From Deltaproteobacteria bacterium (GTDB taxonomy: Bacteria; Desulfobacterota; Binatia; UBA1149; CAITLU01), in the NCBI GenBank assembly GCA_016218925.1, contig JACRCR010000141.1, forward strand, positions 23,760 to 87,759: 64,000 nt of DNA. Direction: 5' to 3'. Positions 42,418-51,524 of this stretch are shown here, in pieces; position 1 is the first letter of the stretch; each line of letters begins with the position of its first letter. The translations under genes were made by a program, and so were the position numbers. The notes below the pieces were generated by a model. It did not search any database, was not told the origin of the DNA, and saw nothing but the letters and a program-made list of their open reading frames with translations.

Positions 42418-43014
42418 GTGAGTCATTACGAGCGAAAGGACGCCACGTATCGCGCCGCGAAGAAGGCCGGCCTTCGGTCGCGCGCCGGCATCAAGCTCGA
42501 GGACCTCGACGCGCGCTTCCACATATTCAGTGCCGGACAAACGGTAGTGGACCTCGGATGCTGGCCGGGCGCGTGGCTTCAAGTCGCAGCGCAGCGAGTC
42601 GGAGTCTCCGGCCACGTAGTGGGCGTGGATCTGGTGGCGGTGGAGGGCTTGGTCGCCGAAAACGTCTCGGTTCTGGTCGGTGATGCGGCGAATCTGAAAG
42701 TGCGCGCCGCGCTGCGCGAGTCGATCGACGGCAGCGCCGACGTCGTGCTCTCGGACATGGCTCCGAAACTCACCGGCATTCGTGCTACCGATGCCGCGCG
42801 CGAAGAAGCGCTGGTGGAGATCGCGGTGGAGGTTTCCCGCGAGTTGCTCGGCCGGCGCGGAAAGCTGCTCGTCAAACTCTTCTCCGGCGTCGAGGCTGCG
42901 GCGACCAGGCGTCTTCGAGAGGAATTCGTCACGGTAACCCCGTTCCGACCGGCTTCGACGCGCAAGGGATCTTCTGAAATCTACGTGCTTGCATGCGATC
43001 GGCGGGTGGACTGA
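42418..43014 (+). CDS. rlmE: 23S rRNA (uridine2552-2'-O)-methyltransferase RlmE (FtsJ)
   Basis: GTG start. YRAAKKAGLRSRAGIKLEDLD...TVVDLGCWPGAWLQVA...VLSDMAPKLTG matches RlmE (GLRSRAWFKLDE; VVDLGAAPGGWSQ; DMAPN). 198 aa. Forms the 3' end of a spurious 940-aa listed ORF. Confidence 0.85.
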   Translation: MSHYERKDATYRAAKKAGLRSRAGIKLEDLDARFHIFSAGQTVVDLGCWPGAWLQVAAQRVGVSGHVVGVDLVAVEGLVAENVSVLVGDAANLKVRAALRESIDGSADVVLSDMAPKLTGIRATDAAREEALVEIAVEVSRELLGRRGKLLVKLFSGVEAAATRRLREEFVTVTPFRPASTRKGSSEIYVLACDRRVD

Positions 43015-43148
43015 ACATCGCCACGATGACAGCGAAACCGTGCGCCAACACGGCACCGCCGCAGACTTGCGCGTAGGCTCTGCAAGGCCGATAGTGCCGG
43101 CCTCGGCGTGCGCCGGGCGTCGGCCCCGCGCGGTCCAAGGACCACCCA

Positions 43149-43808
43149 ATGGCGGACCAATCAGGTAGGAAGTCTCAGTTCGACGCCAACCTTCGCAGTT
43201 TTCTGGAGGCGGTCTCGATGTTCGAGGACGAAGCTGCGGTGCTGCTGGATCGCCTCGGCATCGACCGCGAAACAGTTCGCCGCGGCATCGATGTCCTCGG
43301 GGTTGTTTCCGGGGACCTCGTCAGTCAGCTCGCTGGCTCACTGGGGCTGGCCGATGCCAAGGCCGTCGATGTCCTCAGGCGAGATCTCCGTGCGCTGCTT
43401 GAACGGGTTGCGCGTATGCGCGAGCAGCAGCGAGATGTCCGAACCCGGATGGACGAGCGGATGGACCGGGCTGAGCGGTCCAGCGCCAGACTCGACGGGG
43501 CGGTGGAGGCACTGGCCCGGGTGCAAGGGCGCGCGCAGGCACGGCTGGCTAGCCTCGAGGAACGTTCGGCGTCGCTCGAATCGCGACTGGCCGCCCGTGG
43601 TCAACAACTCGAGCTGATGGAAGGCCTGAGGCTGCGAATCGAGAAGCTCGAGGGTGTCGTCGCTTCGTGGGCGGGCGAGGTGCGCTCGGCCAAGGCCGGC
43701 GCCAGAAAGAGCACTCCGCGCCGGGTAGCGGCACGCGCCGGTGACGGCGCGGGTCCGGTTCGCGACGAGCGTCCGGAACCGGCCGCCGCTCAGCCGCGCA
43801 CACGTTGA
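43149..43808 (+). CDS. Coiled-coil protein (possibly phasin-like), function unknown
   Basis: 219 aa. Predominantly Ala/Arg/Glu/Leu heptad-like sequence with a Pro/Ala-rich C-terminal tail. No enzymatic motifs. Confidence 0.4.
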   Translation: MADQSGRKSQFDANLRSFLEAVSMFEDEAAVLLDRLGIDRETVRRGIDVLGVVSGDLVSQLAGSLGLADAKAVDVLRRDLRALLERVARMREQQRDVRTRMDERMDRAERSSARLDGAVEALARVQGRAQARLASLEERSASLESRLAARGQQLELMEGLRLRIEKLEGVVASWAGEVRSAKAGARKSTPRRVAARAGDGAGPVRDERPEPAAAQPRTR

Positions 43809-43832
43809 AACCAGACGAGTTTTCGGGAGGAG

Positions 43833-44540
43833 TTGGAGATGTCTCGACCGATTGTCCCACTCGGCGCGCTCGCGCTCGCAGTAGCGATTTTCGCGGCTGC
43901 TTGTTCTTCGGAACCCTCCAAGGAGAACAAAGAGACCCAGACTGGCGCGGCTTCGAAGGCGCCACCAGCCGCAGGCGACGCGCGTCCGGCCAAAATCCCG
44001 ATCCTCGAAGGATACACTTACTACGTCGGCGGTCCGCTCCTGAAGAAAGACGCCTACGGCCGCGAGCGCATCGCCAAGTTCCTCGGTGAGGTAGCTCAGC
44101 CCCCGGGGCGCGGAATGGTCATCGGGGTCAAGCGAGAGGGTGATCGGCTCGAGTACCGCGTGTGGGTGAACGGAGGCAGCGTCGGTCTGTATCGCGGCGT
44201 GACGCGAGACGGGTTGTTCTGGAGAGAGTACATAGAGACGTTCCGCGGCGAGAAGACCATCGTCCGCGAGTTCACCGTCAACGACGACGCTGCCCAGCTC
44301 ATGCGCATCAAGACCGAACAGGTCGACCCGGAGACCGGCGAGACGATTCGCGTGTCCGAGACGACGAAGAAGTACCAGGCTCCGGCGCTTCCGGACCTGC
44401 CCGAGGATTCCGAAGACGACGACTCGGGCGCAGAAAAGGGCGACTCTGACGCGAAGCCTGCGCCACCGGCACAGCCGGCGCCGTCTGCCCCGGCCAGCGC
44501 AGGGGCCGCGCCGATCCCGGTCGCTCCCGCCGGGAAATAG
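43833..44540 (+). CDS. Putative lipoprotein, function unknown
   Basis: Signal peptide with lipobox (LAVAIFAAAC-SSEP). Acidic and Pro/Ala-rich C-terminus. No family recognised. Confidence 0.45.
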   Translation: MEMSRPIVPLGALALAVAIFAAACSSEPSKENKETQTGAASKAPPAAGDARPAKIPILEGYTYYVGGPLLKKDAYGRERIAKFLGEVAQPPGRGMVIGVKREGDRLEYRVWVNGGSVGLYRGVTRDGLFWREYIETFRGEKTIVREFTVNDDAAQLMRIKTEQVDPETGETIRVSETTKKYQAPALPDLPEDSEDDDSGAEKGDSDAKPAPPAQPAPSAPASAGAAPIPVAPAGK

Positions 44541-44581
44541 GCTGGGTAGATACGGACGCTAGCACGGCAGGCAGGCGCGCA

Positions 44582-45376
44582 GTGATGGAGAACTCGCGGG
44601 TAGTAGTGGTTGACCAACTCATGGACAACTACGCCTATCTCGTCATCGATGAGCGCAGCGGTGTGGCCGGCGTGGTCGACGTCGCCGAGGCCGATCGCGT
44701 ACTGCACGCGGCCGAGCGCGAAGGCGTGCGCATCGTCGCGATTCTGTCCACGCATTGCCACTTCGATCACGTGGGCGGCAACGATGAACTGCTGGCGGCG
44801 CTGCCGCCGGGCAGCGTCCAAGTCTTCGGTCATCGCGCGGATGCCGAACGCATACCGGGGATCACGCGGCCGTTGGAGGACGGCGAAGATTTCGCGCTCG
44901 GCGCCATGCACGGTCGCGCGATCTTCATTCCTGCGCACACCCGCGGACACCTCGCCTACTACTTCGCCGAAGCCGGAGCCGTCTTCACCGGCGACACGCT
45001 GTTCGCCGGTGGCTGCGGGCGCATCTTCGAAGGCGACGCCGCGCAGATGATGTCGTCACTCGGCCGTCTGGCCGGTCTGCCCGATCCGACACTGGTTTAC
45101 TGCGGTCACGAGTACACCCGCAGGAACCTCGAGTTCGCGGCGATGCTCGAACCGTCCAACCCGGCCTTGGCTCAACGGCGCCGCGAAGTCGACATGCTGC
45201 TCGAACAGGGAGGTCGCACCGTTCCAACCACCGTTGCGCTGGAGAAAGCGACCAATCCGTTCCTGCGCACTCAGAGTCCGGAGCTGAGGGCTTCGGTTCG
45301 CGAGCAAATCCCGGACGTCGGCGACGATGCGGTGTCCGTCCTGGCCGCTACCCGGCTTCTCAAAGACAACTTCTGA
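44582..45376 (+). CDS. gloB: Hydroxyacylglutathione hydrolase (glyoxalase II), MBL fold
   Basis: Metallo-beta-lactamase motif STHCHFDHVGGN and GloB-like C-terminal region (CGHEYTRRNLEFA). 264 aa. Confidence 0.85.
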   Translation: MMENSRVVVVDQLMDNYAYLVIDERSGVAGVVDVAEADRVLHAAEREGVRIVAILSTHCHFDHVGGNDELLAALPPGSVQVFGHRADAERIPGITRPLEDGEDFALGAMHGRAIFIPAHTRGHLAYYFAEAGAVFTGDTLFAGGCGRIFEGDAAQMMSSLGRLAGLPDPTLVYCGHEYTRRNLEFAAMLEPSNPALAQRRREVDMLLEQGGRTVPTTVALEKATNPFLRTQSPELRASVREQIPDVGDDAVSVLAATRLLKDNF

Positions 45377-45396
45377 TCCGGAGATCGGGCTCGGGT

Positions 45397-46839
45397 CTAG
45401 CGCCGTTCGTAGATGAGCAGCGGCAGGCGCACGTGTGGGAAGACGCGCGCTTCGCGAACGCTGTAACGCGCCGCGGCCCATATCTCGAAGCGCGCGCGTC
45501 GCGGGCCTTTCCAGTGCCTTCCGATCAGAATCACGCGCGGGTTCCTGGCTGCCAGGTCCGCGAGCATGCCATCGAAGCCACCCGCAGTGTGGGCCTCGGC
45601 GAACTGGTCGACCCCGAACCACAGGTACGGCCACTTCCAGCCGTTGCGGCGCCCGGCGTGGATCAGGTACTCGGGTACGCTGACCATGACCACGTCGTCT
45701 TGCGCGGTCAGCTCCGGGACGACCGCCAGCAGTGCGGTTCGCTGCCGGGCGAAGGTGATGGGCGGGTGGAACTTGGTTTTCGCGTCGGGCAGCGCTGCCA
45801 GCGCCAAGACGATCAATGTCAGCGCCAGCGCTGCCCCGCTGCGAAGGCGCGCCCGAAGCAGGCCGTACAATCCGGCACCCAGCGCGGTTGCGACGGCCGG
45901 ACCGAGCAGCACCAAGTCGGGCCAGGACTGCAGACTCACGAACAACATCGCCGCGTAGACGCCGGCGGCGATCAGATGAGATAGCGGCCACCGCGGCCTG
46001 GCCACGGCCAGTCCGAGCAGCGCCGCCGGCGCGATCAGCACTTCGATGCTGTTCCATTCGCGAAACAGCCAGGCCACGGCGCGCAGCGTCCCGTAGGGAG
46101 TGCGGGCCTTGCTTTCGATGTAGAAGACGTTGAACAGCACCGCCTGCTCGACGAAGTCGCGCAGTGCGCCGGCCGTGGCCAGCCATACGAGCATCACCAC
46201 CGAAGGTAGCGCCGCGCCGGCTGCCAGCAGCGCGACGCGACGCGGCCAGGCCGCTTGCTGGCGCCCGTCATCACTCGAGCGCGTCAACGCCGCGAAGGAA
46301 CCGATCAGAAAGGCGAGGCCCGGCTGCCAGCACAGCACCGAAACACCCCCCGCCACGCCGCTGACGAAGGCCTGTCTGCGCTCGGCGGCGAGCATCGAGA
46401 TGAGCCCGAACAGCACCGTGGGCACTTTGGGCAGACAGCCTTCGAGCGAGGAGATCGCCCACTCGTCGTAAGCCAGCAGTGCAACGGCGGCGCACGACGC
46501 CGACGCAGCGCCGAGCTTGGGCCGGCAGAGCAGGAACAGCACCACCGGCGCCAGCGCACCCATGCACAGGAACAGAGCGTGCGCTGCGATCACCGGCTCG
46601 ACCCCGAGCACCGATCCGACCAGAACTCCGAGCGCGCCGAGAAAGGCTCCCCCCGGGGTCTTGTGCAGGAAGATGTCGCGGTACGGTACCAAGCCGCGCG
46701 CGACTTCCAGGGCCATGTAGTCCCAGGTCGCGGCGTCCAGCAGTACCGGCCGCGTCCACGGCGTGAAGGCGGCGAAATAGGCCAGGCCCGCAGCCAGCAG
46801 CGCGGTGCTCACGAGACGGTCGGAGTGAGAGTCGTTCAC
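45397..46839 (-). CDS. Polytopic integral membrane protein, GT-C-type glycosyltransferase-like (putative)
   Basis: 480 aa with ~10 predicted hydrophobic helices. N-terminal loop with YRDIFLHKTPGG, reminiscent of GT-C (ArnT/PMT-like) first-loop motifs. Assignment tentative. Confidence 0.4.
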   Translation of the reverse strand: MNDSHSDRLVSTALLAAGLAYFAAFTPWTRPVLLDAATWDYMALEVARGLVPYRDIFLHKTPGGAFLGALGVLVGSVLGVEPVIAAHALFLCMGALAPVVLFLLCRPKLGAASASCAAVALLAYDEWAISSLEGCLPKVPTVLFGLISMLAAERRQAFVSGVAGGVSVLCWQPGLAFLIGSFAALTRSSDDGRQQAAWPRRVALLAAGAALPSVVMLVWLATAGALRDFVEQAVLFNVFYIESKARTPYGTLRAVAWLFREWNSIEVLIAPAALLGLAVARPRWPLSHLIAAGVYAAMLFVSLQSWPDLVLLGPAVATALGAGLYGLLRARLRSGAALALTLIVLALAALPDAKTKFHPPITFARQRTALLAVVPELTAQDDVVMVSVPEYLIHAGRRNGWKWPYLWFGVDQFAEAHTAGGFDGMLADLAARNPRVILIGRHWKGPRRARFEIWAAARYSVREARVFPHVRLPLLIYERR

Positions 46840-47028
46840 CGGAGATCGGCCTGCCGCGCTGAGTCTGGCAGCGAAAGTGTCGGCGGAGCGCCAACCACGC
46901 GCGGTCGGCGCCAGGATGACGAGTGCGGTGCCAAGGTCAACGCCGGGGCTGCCGGCTCAGCGAGCCGCTCGAGCGTCGGCGGGTGCAGCCGGCATTGCCC
47001 GCGACGCGGGTCCGAATAGAATCCGCCG

Positions 47029-47649
47029 ATGGCAACTCTCGTCGGCCTCACCGGTGGCATCGGTTCGGGAAAATCGACCGTGGCCAGACTTCTCGAAGAG
47101 CGCGGCGCCAGGGTGATCGATGCCGATCGCGTGGCCCACGAGATCTACTCTCCGGGCACGCTCGGCTACGAACGCGTGATCGAGAGGTTCGGCCGCGGGG
47201 TCGTGGCCGAGGACGGTGCCATCGACAGGGCAAAGCTCGGCGGCCTGGTGTTCGGCAATCGGGAGGCACTCGAAGATCTCAACCGCATCGTGCACCCGCT
47301 GGTGCGCGCAGAAGTAGCCAGCCGCATCGCGCAGATCGTCGCCGACGATGCCAATGCCGTTATCGTCATCGAAGCGGCCTTGATGACCGAGACCGGTTGG
47401 AGCGGCGGCGCCGGCCGCCTGTGGACGGTGCTGTCGGAGCCGCAGGTCGTGCTCGATCGTCTGACTCGCATACGCGGAATGGATCCCGCGGAAGCGCGAC
47501 TGAGGATGGCCTCGCAGGCCAGCAACGATACCCGCCGGCGCGTGGCTTCGCAGGTGATCGAGAACAACGGCACGCTGATGGAACTCGAGGCCGAGGTGCA
47601 GGAAGCCTGGAGCGGCCTGCAGGACGAGCTTGCCGCGCCTTCGGTCTGA
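47029..47649 (+). CDS. coaE: Dephospho-CoA kinase
   Basis: 206 aa. P-loop LVGLTGGIGSGKSTVA. Typical CoaE length and the usual ADRVAHEIY region following the P-loop. Confidence 0.9.
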   Translation: MATLVGLTGGIGSGKSTVARLLEERGARVIDADRVAHEIYSPGTLGYERVIERFGRGVVAEDGAIDRAKLGGLVFGNREALEDLNRIVHPLVRAEVASRIAQIVADDANAVIVIEAALMTETGWSGGAGRLWTVLSEPQVVLDRLTRIRGMDPAEARLRMASQASNDTRRRVASQVIENNGTLMELEAEVQEAWSGLQDELAAPSV

Positions 47650-47685
47650 GAGTTCGTCGAGGACGCGCCGGCCGAGACCTGCCCG

Positions 47686-49293
47686 ATGATTTCGGTCTGC
47701 GACGTCATCCATTCGGCCTGCCGCCGTCACGGCTCGCGAGTCGCGCTACAGACCGTGAGCGGCGCTGCCCCGCAGGCGGACTCGTACCGCACGGTCGGCT
47801 CACTGACCTACGGCGAACTCTACGATCGAACGCTTCGTTTCGGCGACGCACTGGTCAGGCGCCTGGGCATGCGGCCCGGCGATCGCGTCGCGGTTCTGCT
47901 CGACAACTCTGCCGAGATGGTGGTGAGCGAGTGGGCCTGTCTGCTCGGCGGCCACCTGTGGGTGGCTCTGAATGCACGTTCCTCGGCCCACGAGCACGAA
48001 CTGCTGCTGGCCGACAGTGCCCCGCGGGTGCTGCTGGTAGCAGAGAAGTATCAACGCACGATCGCAGGAATCGCGCTGCCCGCCAGCTGTCGCGTCGTGG
48101 TGGTGGGACCGGACGGCCAGTGGCGCCGGCTTCTCGAAGAGGCCGAGCCGCGTCTGCCCGCGCGTGCGCCGGGACCCGAAGACCCGGTGCGGATCCGCTA
48201 TACGTCGGGGACGGCGGGCCTGCCCAAGGGCGCGGTGCTGCCGCGCCGTTGCTACGACGCTTCGTTCGAGACCGTCGGCGAGCTTCTGGGTCCGCTTCAC
48301 GAGGACGACGTTCTGGCCCAGGTCGCGCCCATGACACACGCCGCTGGCGCGATGTGGCTTCCCCACGCCGCCGCCGGCGCCCGCGCGCTGCTGGTAGAGC
48401 ATTTCCACGAAGGAGCCTTCGTCGGGCTCGTCGAGCGCGCGCATGTCAGCGCGGCGTTCCTGGTTCCGACGATGCTGGTGCGGTTGATCGAAACGCTTCA
48501 GGGAATGCCCGCGCGGCAGGCCGCTTCGCGCATGCGCTCGCTGCGCAGCATCGTCTACGGCGGCGCTGCGATGCCGGTGGATCGGCTGCGCAAGGGCTTG
48601 GAGCTTCTTGGCCCGGTGTTCGTGCAGATCTACGGACTGACCGAATCGAACTGGCCGGCGACCGCGCTGCGTCGCGAAGAGCACATCGTAGATGGAACCG
48701 CGGAAGCTCAGCTTCGACGTCTGACTTCGTGCGGGCGGCCCACGCCGGTGGGCGAGCTGCGCATCGTCGACGAGCGTGGACGCGATCTGGCTGCGGGCCA
48801 GGTGGGGCAGATCCTGCTGCGTGGTGCCAACACCATGAAAGGCTACTGGGGCAAGGACGGCGACGCCGGTGACGAGGCCGGCAAAGGGCTCGACGCCGGC
48901 GGCTGGATGCACACCGGAGACGTGGCGGTGCGAGACGAGCGCGGCTTCATAACCATCGTCGATCGTCTCCACGACATGATCGTCAGCGGCGGATTCAACG
49001 TTTATCCACGCGAAGTCGAGAACGCGCTGTCGAGTCATCCCGCGGTGCTGGAGGCGGCAGTGGTGGGGCTGCCCAGTGCGCTTTGGGGAGAAGTCGTCCA
49101 CGCCGCGGTGGTCTTGCGGCCGGGAGCCGCAGCGAGTGAAGACGAACTTGCCGTGCACGTCGCGCAGCAGACGGCCGCGTACAAGAAACCGCGTTCCTTC
49201 GAGTTCGTCAGCGAGCTGCCGCGCAACGCGGCCGGCAAGGTGCTGCGCCGGGTTCTGCGCGACTTCCGCAAGACGACGAAGCCCCCGGCCTGA
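47686..49293 (+). CDS. AMP-dependent synthetase/ligase (acyl-CoA synthetase family)
   Basis: AMP-binding motif IRYTSGTAGLPKGAVL. Conserved GYGLTE-like and C-terminal PRNAAGKVLRR regions. 535 aa. Confidence 0.85.
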   Translation: MISVCDVIHSACRRHGSRVALQTVSGAAPQADSYRTVGSLTYGELYDRTLRFGDALVRRLGMRPGDRVAVLLDNSAEMVVSEWACLLGGHLWVALNARSSAHEHELLLADSAPRVLLVAEKYQRTIAGIALPASCRVVVVGPDGQWRRLLEEAEPRLPARAPGPEDPVRIRYTSGTAGLPKGAVLPRRCYDASFETVGELLGPLHEDDVLAQVAPMTHAAGAMWLPHAAAGARALLVEHFHEGAFVGLVERAHVSAAFLVPTMLVRLIETLQGMPARQAASRMRSLRSIVYGGAAMPVDRLRKGLELLGPVFVQIYGLTESNWPATALRREEHIVDGTAEAQLRRLTSCGRPTPVGELRIVDERGRDLAAGQVGQILLRGANTMKGYWGKDGDAGDEAGKGLDAGGWMHTGDVAVRDERGFITIVDRLHDMIVSGGFNVYPREVENALSSHPAVLEAAVVGLPSALWGEVVHAAVVLRPGAAASEDELAVHVAQQTAAYKKPRSFEFVSELPRNAAGKVLRRVLRDFRKTTKPPA

Positions 49294-49368
49294 GTGGCCG
49301 AGGGCTTCGCGTAGTTCCGAGCCCCCGCAGTGCGAGCGAGCGCCGTCTTCTTCGAGCGCTACCCGATC

Positions 49369-50850
49369 TTACGGGTTGATCGCCGCCGGCGGCCAGTCGC
49401 TGCGCGCGGGGATGCGGTCGTCCAGGTTGGTGTTCACGAAGGCTGTGTCGAAGTTGCAGGTGTCGCCGTCGATGCCGCCCGGCAACGCCAGGCAGGCAGC
49501 CTTCAGGTCGTCGGCCGTGGGCTGGTTGGCGACGAGGTCGGCGCTGTCCAGCCACGCGAAGTATTCGTCGAACAGTGCCTGCGTTTCCTGCGCGCTGAAG
49601 GTGCAGTGGCCGTAGGTGCTGATCCAGGTCTGGGTCAGCAGCTTGCCGCCGAGCTGGGCCGCCCGGTCGTAGACGCTCTGGAACGGAGGAATCACCAGCC
49701 AGTCAGCCGCGCCGGCCATCGACAGGATCGGGTAGGCGACCTTCTTGCCCTTGCCCTTGGTGAAGTCAGGGTAGCTGGCCTTGGTGAGCTTCTTGCGCCC
49801 GCTGCCCTGCGTCAGCCGTTTGACGCCGGTGTCGAATTCGCCCGCAAGCACCGGGTCGGTGCCCATCGTCGAATAGTCGAGGTCGGGCGTCGCATTGAAG
49901 CCCATGTGTTTGCCGTTGAGCCGGTCCTCATCGCGCACGAAGTCTCCGAGACCGAGGGTGGCGAAGCCCATCGCGCTGAGGGCCTCCATGCCGGTGCCGG
50001 TGAACTCAGTCAGCGCGATGAAGTCGGAGAGGCGATCGGCTTGAGCGGCGGCTTCCCCGGGATCGCTGCTCGGGAACAACACGCCGAAGCATGTGTTCAC
50101 TTTCAGTGCCATCGCGATCTCGTCGGCACCGGAATCGGCGGTGGTCTTCTCGCCGATGTCGGGCTGCGAGGTGAACCGCGCGCCGACAACCTCATCGCAC
50201 AGGAAGTCGTAGACGAGACGGACATCCACGGCAGTGTCCCAGGTCGGCAGGCCGCCGGCCACCGCGCCGCACATGGGAACGGCTCCGTCTATCTTCATCT
50301 TGAGGGTGGCGTCGGCCGTTACCGCCCCACCGCCCGAGTGCCCGGTGATGATCACGCGGGTGGGCTTGCCGATGGTCGGCTCCTTCTTCATGAACTTGAG
50401 GATTTCTTTGATGTCCTTGGCGGAGTCGAACGGCGCCCAGCCGGTGTTGCTGTAGGTGCTGGCCGCGATCGCCTTGCCCATCGGGAGCACCAGCGCGTCG
50501 AGTCCCGAGTACGAGATTTCGTTGCACGCGTTGCCGCTGCCACAGTCGGCGTCGGCCTCGCAGTGCACCAAGCTGTTGTTCTCGCAGGTTTCGTGGTTGC
50601 GGATGTGCTTGCGGTTGAGGTCGAAGCCGTGGTTGTAGACGACGACATCGCCGTCCCAGTTCTCGGGTACGTTGATTCGGAAGTACGAGCTGTTCTTGCC
50701 GGCACCGGTGTACTGGGTGCACGTGACACCGGTCGGACAGTCCTGGAACGCACCAGCCGGGACGGCGAGCGCAACGACGGTAAGCGCGCCGAGCAGCGCG
50801 ATCGAACGAGAAACAGATTTCATGAGCTCCTCCCTGTCCAAACGAAGCAT
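49369..50850 (-). CDS. Secreted alpha/beta hydrolase, lipase/esterase-like (GHSGGG nucleophile-elbow), with Cys-rich N-terminal extension
   Basis: Signal peptide (IALLGALTVVALAVPAGA). Nucleophile elbow ITGHSGGGAV resembling GHSMGGGG of the cutinase/PAF-acetylhydrolase-like lipase group. 493 aa, longer than those enzymes, with several Cys pairs. Confidence 0.55.
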   Translation of the reverse strand: MLRLDREELMKSVSRSIALLGALTVVALAVPAGAFQDCPTGVTCTQYTGAGKNSSYFRINVPENWDGDVVVYNHGFDLNRKHIRNHETCENNSLVHCEADADCGSGNACNEISYSGLDALVLPMGKAIAASTYSNTGWAPFDSAKDIKEILKFMKKEPTIGKPTRVIITGHSGGGAVTADATLKMKIDGAVPMCGAVAGGLPTWDTAVDVRLVYDFLCDEVVGARFTSQPDIGEKTTADSGADEIAMALKVNTCFGVLFPSSDPGEAAAQADRLSDFIALTEFTGTGMEALSAMGFATLGLGDFVRDEDRLNGKHMGFNATPDLDYSTMGTDPVLAGEFDTGVKRLTQGSGRKKLTKASYPDFTKGKGKKVAYPILSMAGAADWLVIPPFQSVYDRAAQLGGKLLTQTWISTYGHCTFSAQETQALFDEYFAWLDSADLVANQPTADDLKAACLALPGGIDGDTCNFDTAFVNTNLDDRIPARSDWPPAAINP

Positions 50851-50909
50851 TGGTGCTCAGCCGGTCGCGTGTGGCTAACACGGGCCGAGTGGTTTGGTCA
50901 ACGGGGCTT

Positions 50910-51524
50910 CTATTCCCCGGCCGCGGCCTTGTCATCCGCGCGCTCGAGAAGACCGCGGGGACTGCGGCGCAATCTGAGGCCGGGCTCGGCCGCTCGGGCT
51001 CGCTTCTCGGCCTCCCAGGCCTTGCCGGGATCGGTCTTCAAATAGTAGGCGTTGGCGAGCTCGATCCAGCGGTCCGCGCTACCCGGATCCAGGTCGGCCG
51101 CATGGCGTAGGTGCAAGAGGGCTTTGTCGATCGCAGTGAGATCGCGCAGCAGGCGCCCGTAGTCGCCGTGATTCCTGGCCGAAGAGGGGTCGGCCTCTAG
51201 GGCTTTTTCGAACGCGTCGATGGCTTCCAGGATCTTCGCATCCTTTAACAACGCGTCGGCCTGGGCTCGCAGCTCTGCTGCACGTGCCGGGTCGGCGGCC
51301 CGTGCGGCAGCAGGCGTCGGCGGTTGCGGGACGGCGGGCTGCACGGCCGGCGGCGCCGGGGCGGCGGGTCTGGGCTGCGCAGTCGCCGACTCGACCGCAC
51401 GCCGCGCCCCGGCCGGCGTCGGCGAGGCGGTCCCACGCTCGCGCGAGAAGCGCACCCACCAGGCTCCGACCGCGAAGGCCGCGAGGAACAGAGCAGCGAG
51501 GCGGCGCAGGCTAGCGGGCTTCAC
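50910..51524 (-). CDS. Membrane-anchored TPR-repeat protein
   Basis: N-terminal TM anchor, Pro/Ala-rich linker, TPR-like helices (AIDAFEKALEADPSSARNHGDYGRLL; ELANAYYLKTDPGKAWEAEKRA). Start overlaps the ddl stop by 4 bp. Confidence 0.6.
   Translation of the reverse strand: MKPASLRRLAALFLAAFAVGAWWVRFSRERGTASPTPAGARRAVESATAQPRPAAPAPPAVQPAVPQPPTPAAARAADPARAAELRAQADALLKDAKILEAIDAFEKALEADPSSARNHGDYGRLLRDLTAIDKALLHLRHAADLDPGSADRWIELANAYYLKTDPGKAWEAEKRARAAEPGLRLRRSPRGLLERADDKAAAGE

Noticed and set aside
42349-43149. 268-aa N-terminal extension of the UvrD-like helicase ORF
   Set aside because: No helicase homology before the Walker-A Met at 42348. The extension is antisense to rlmE and to the rlmE promoter region.
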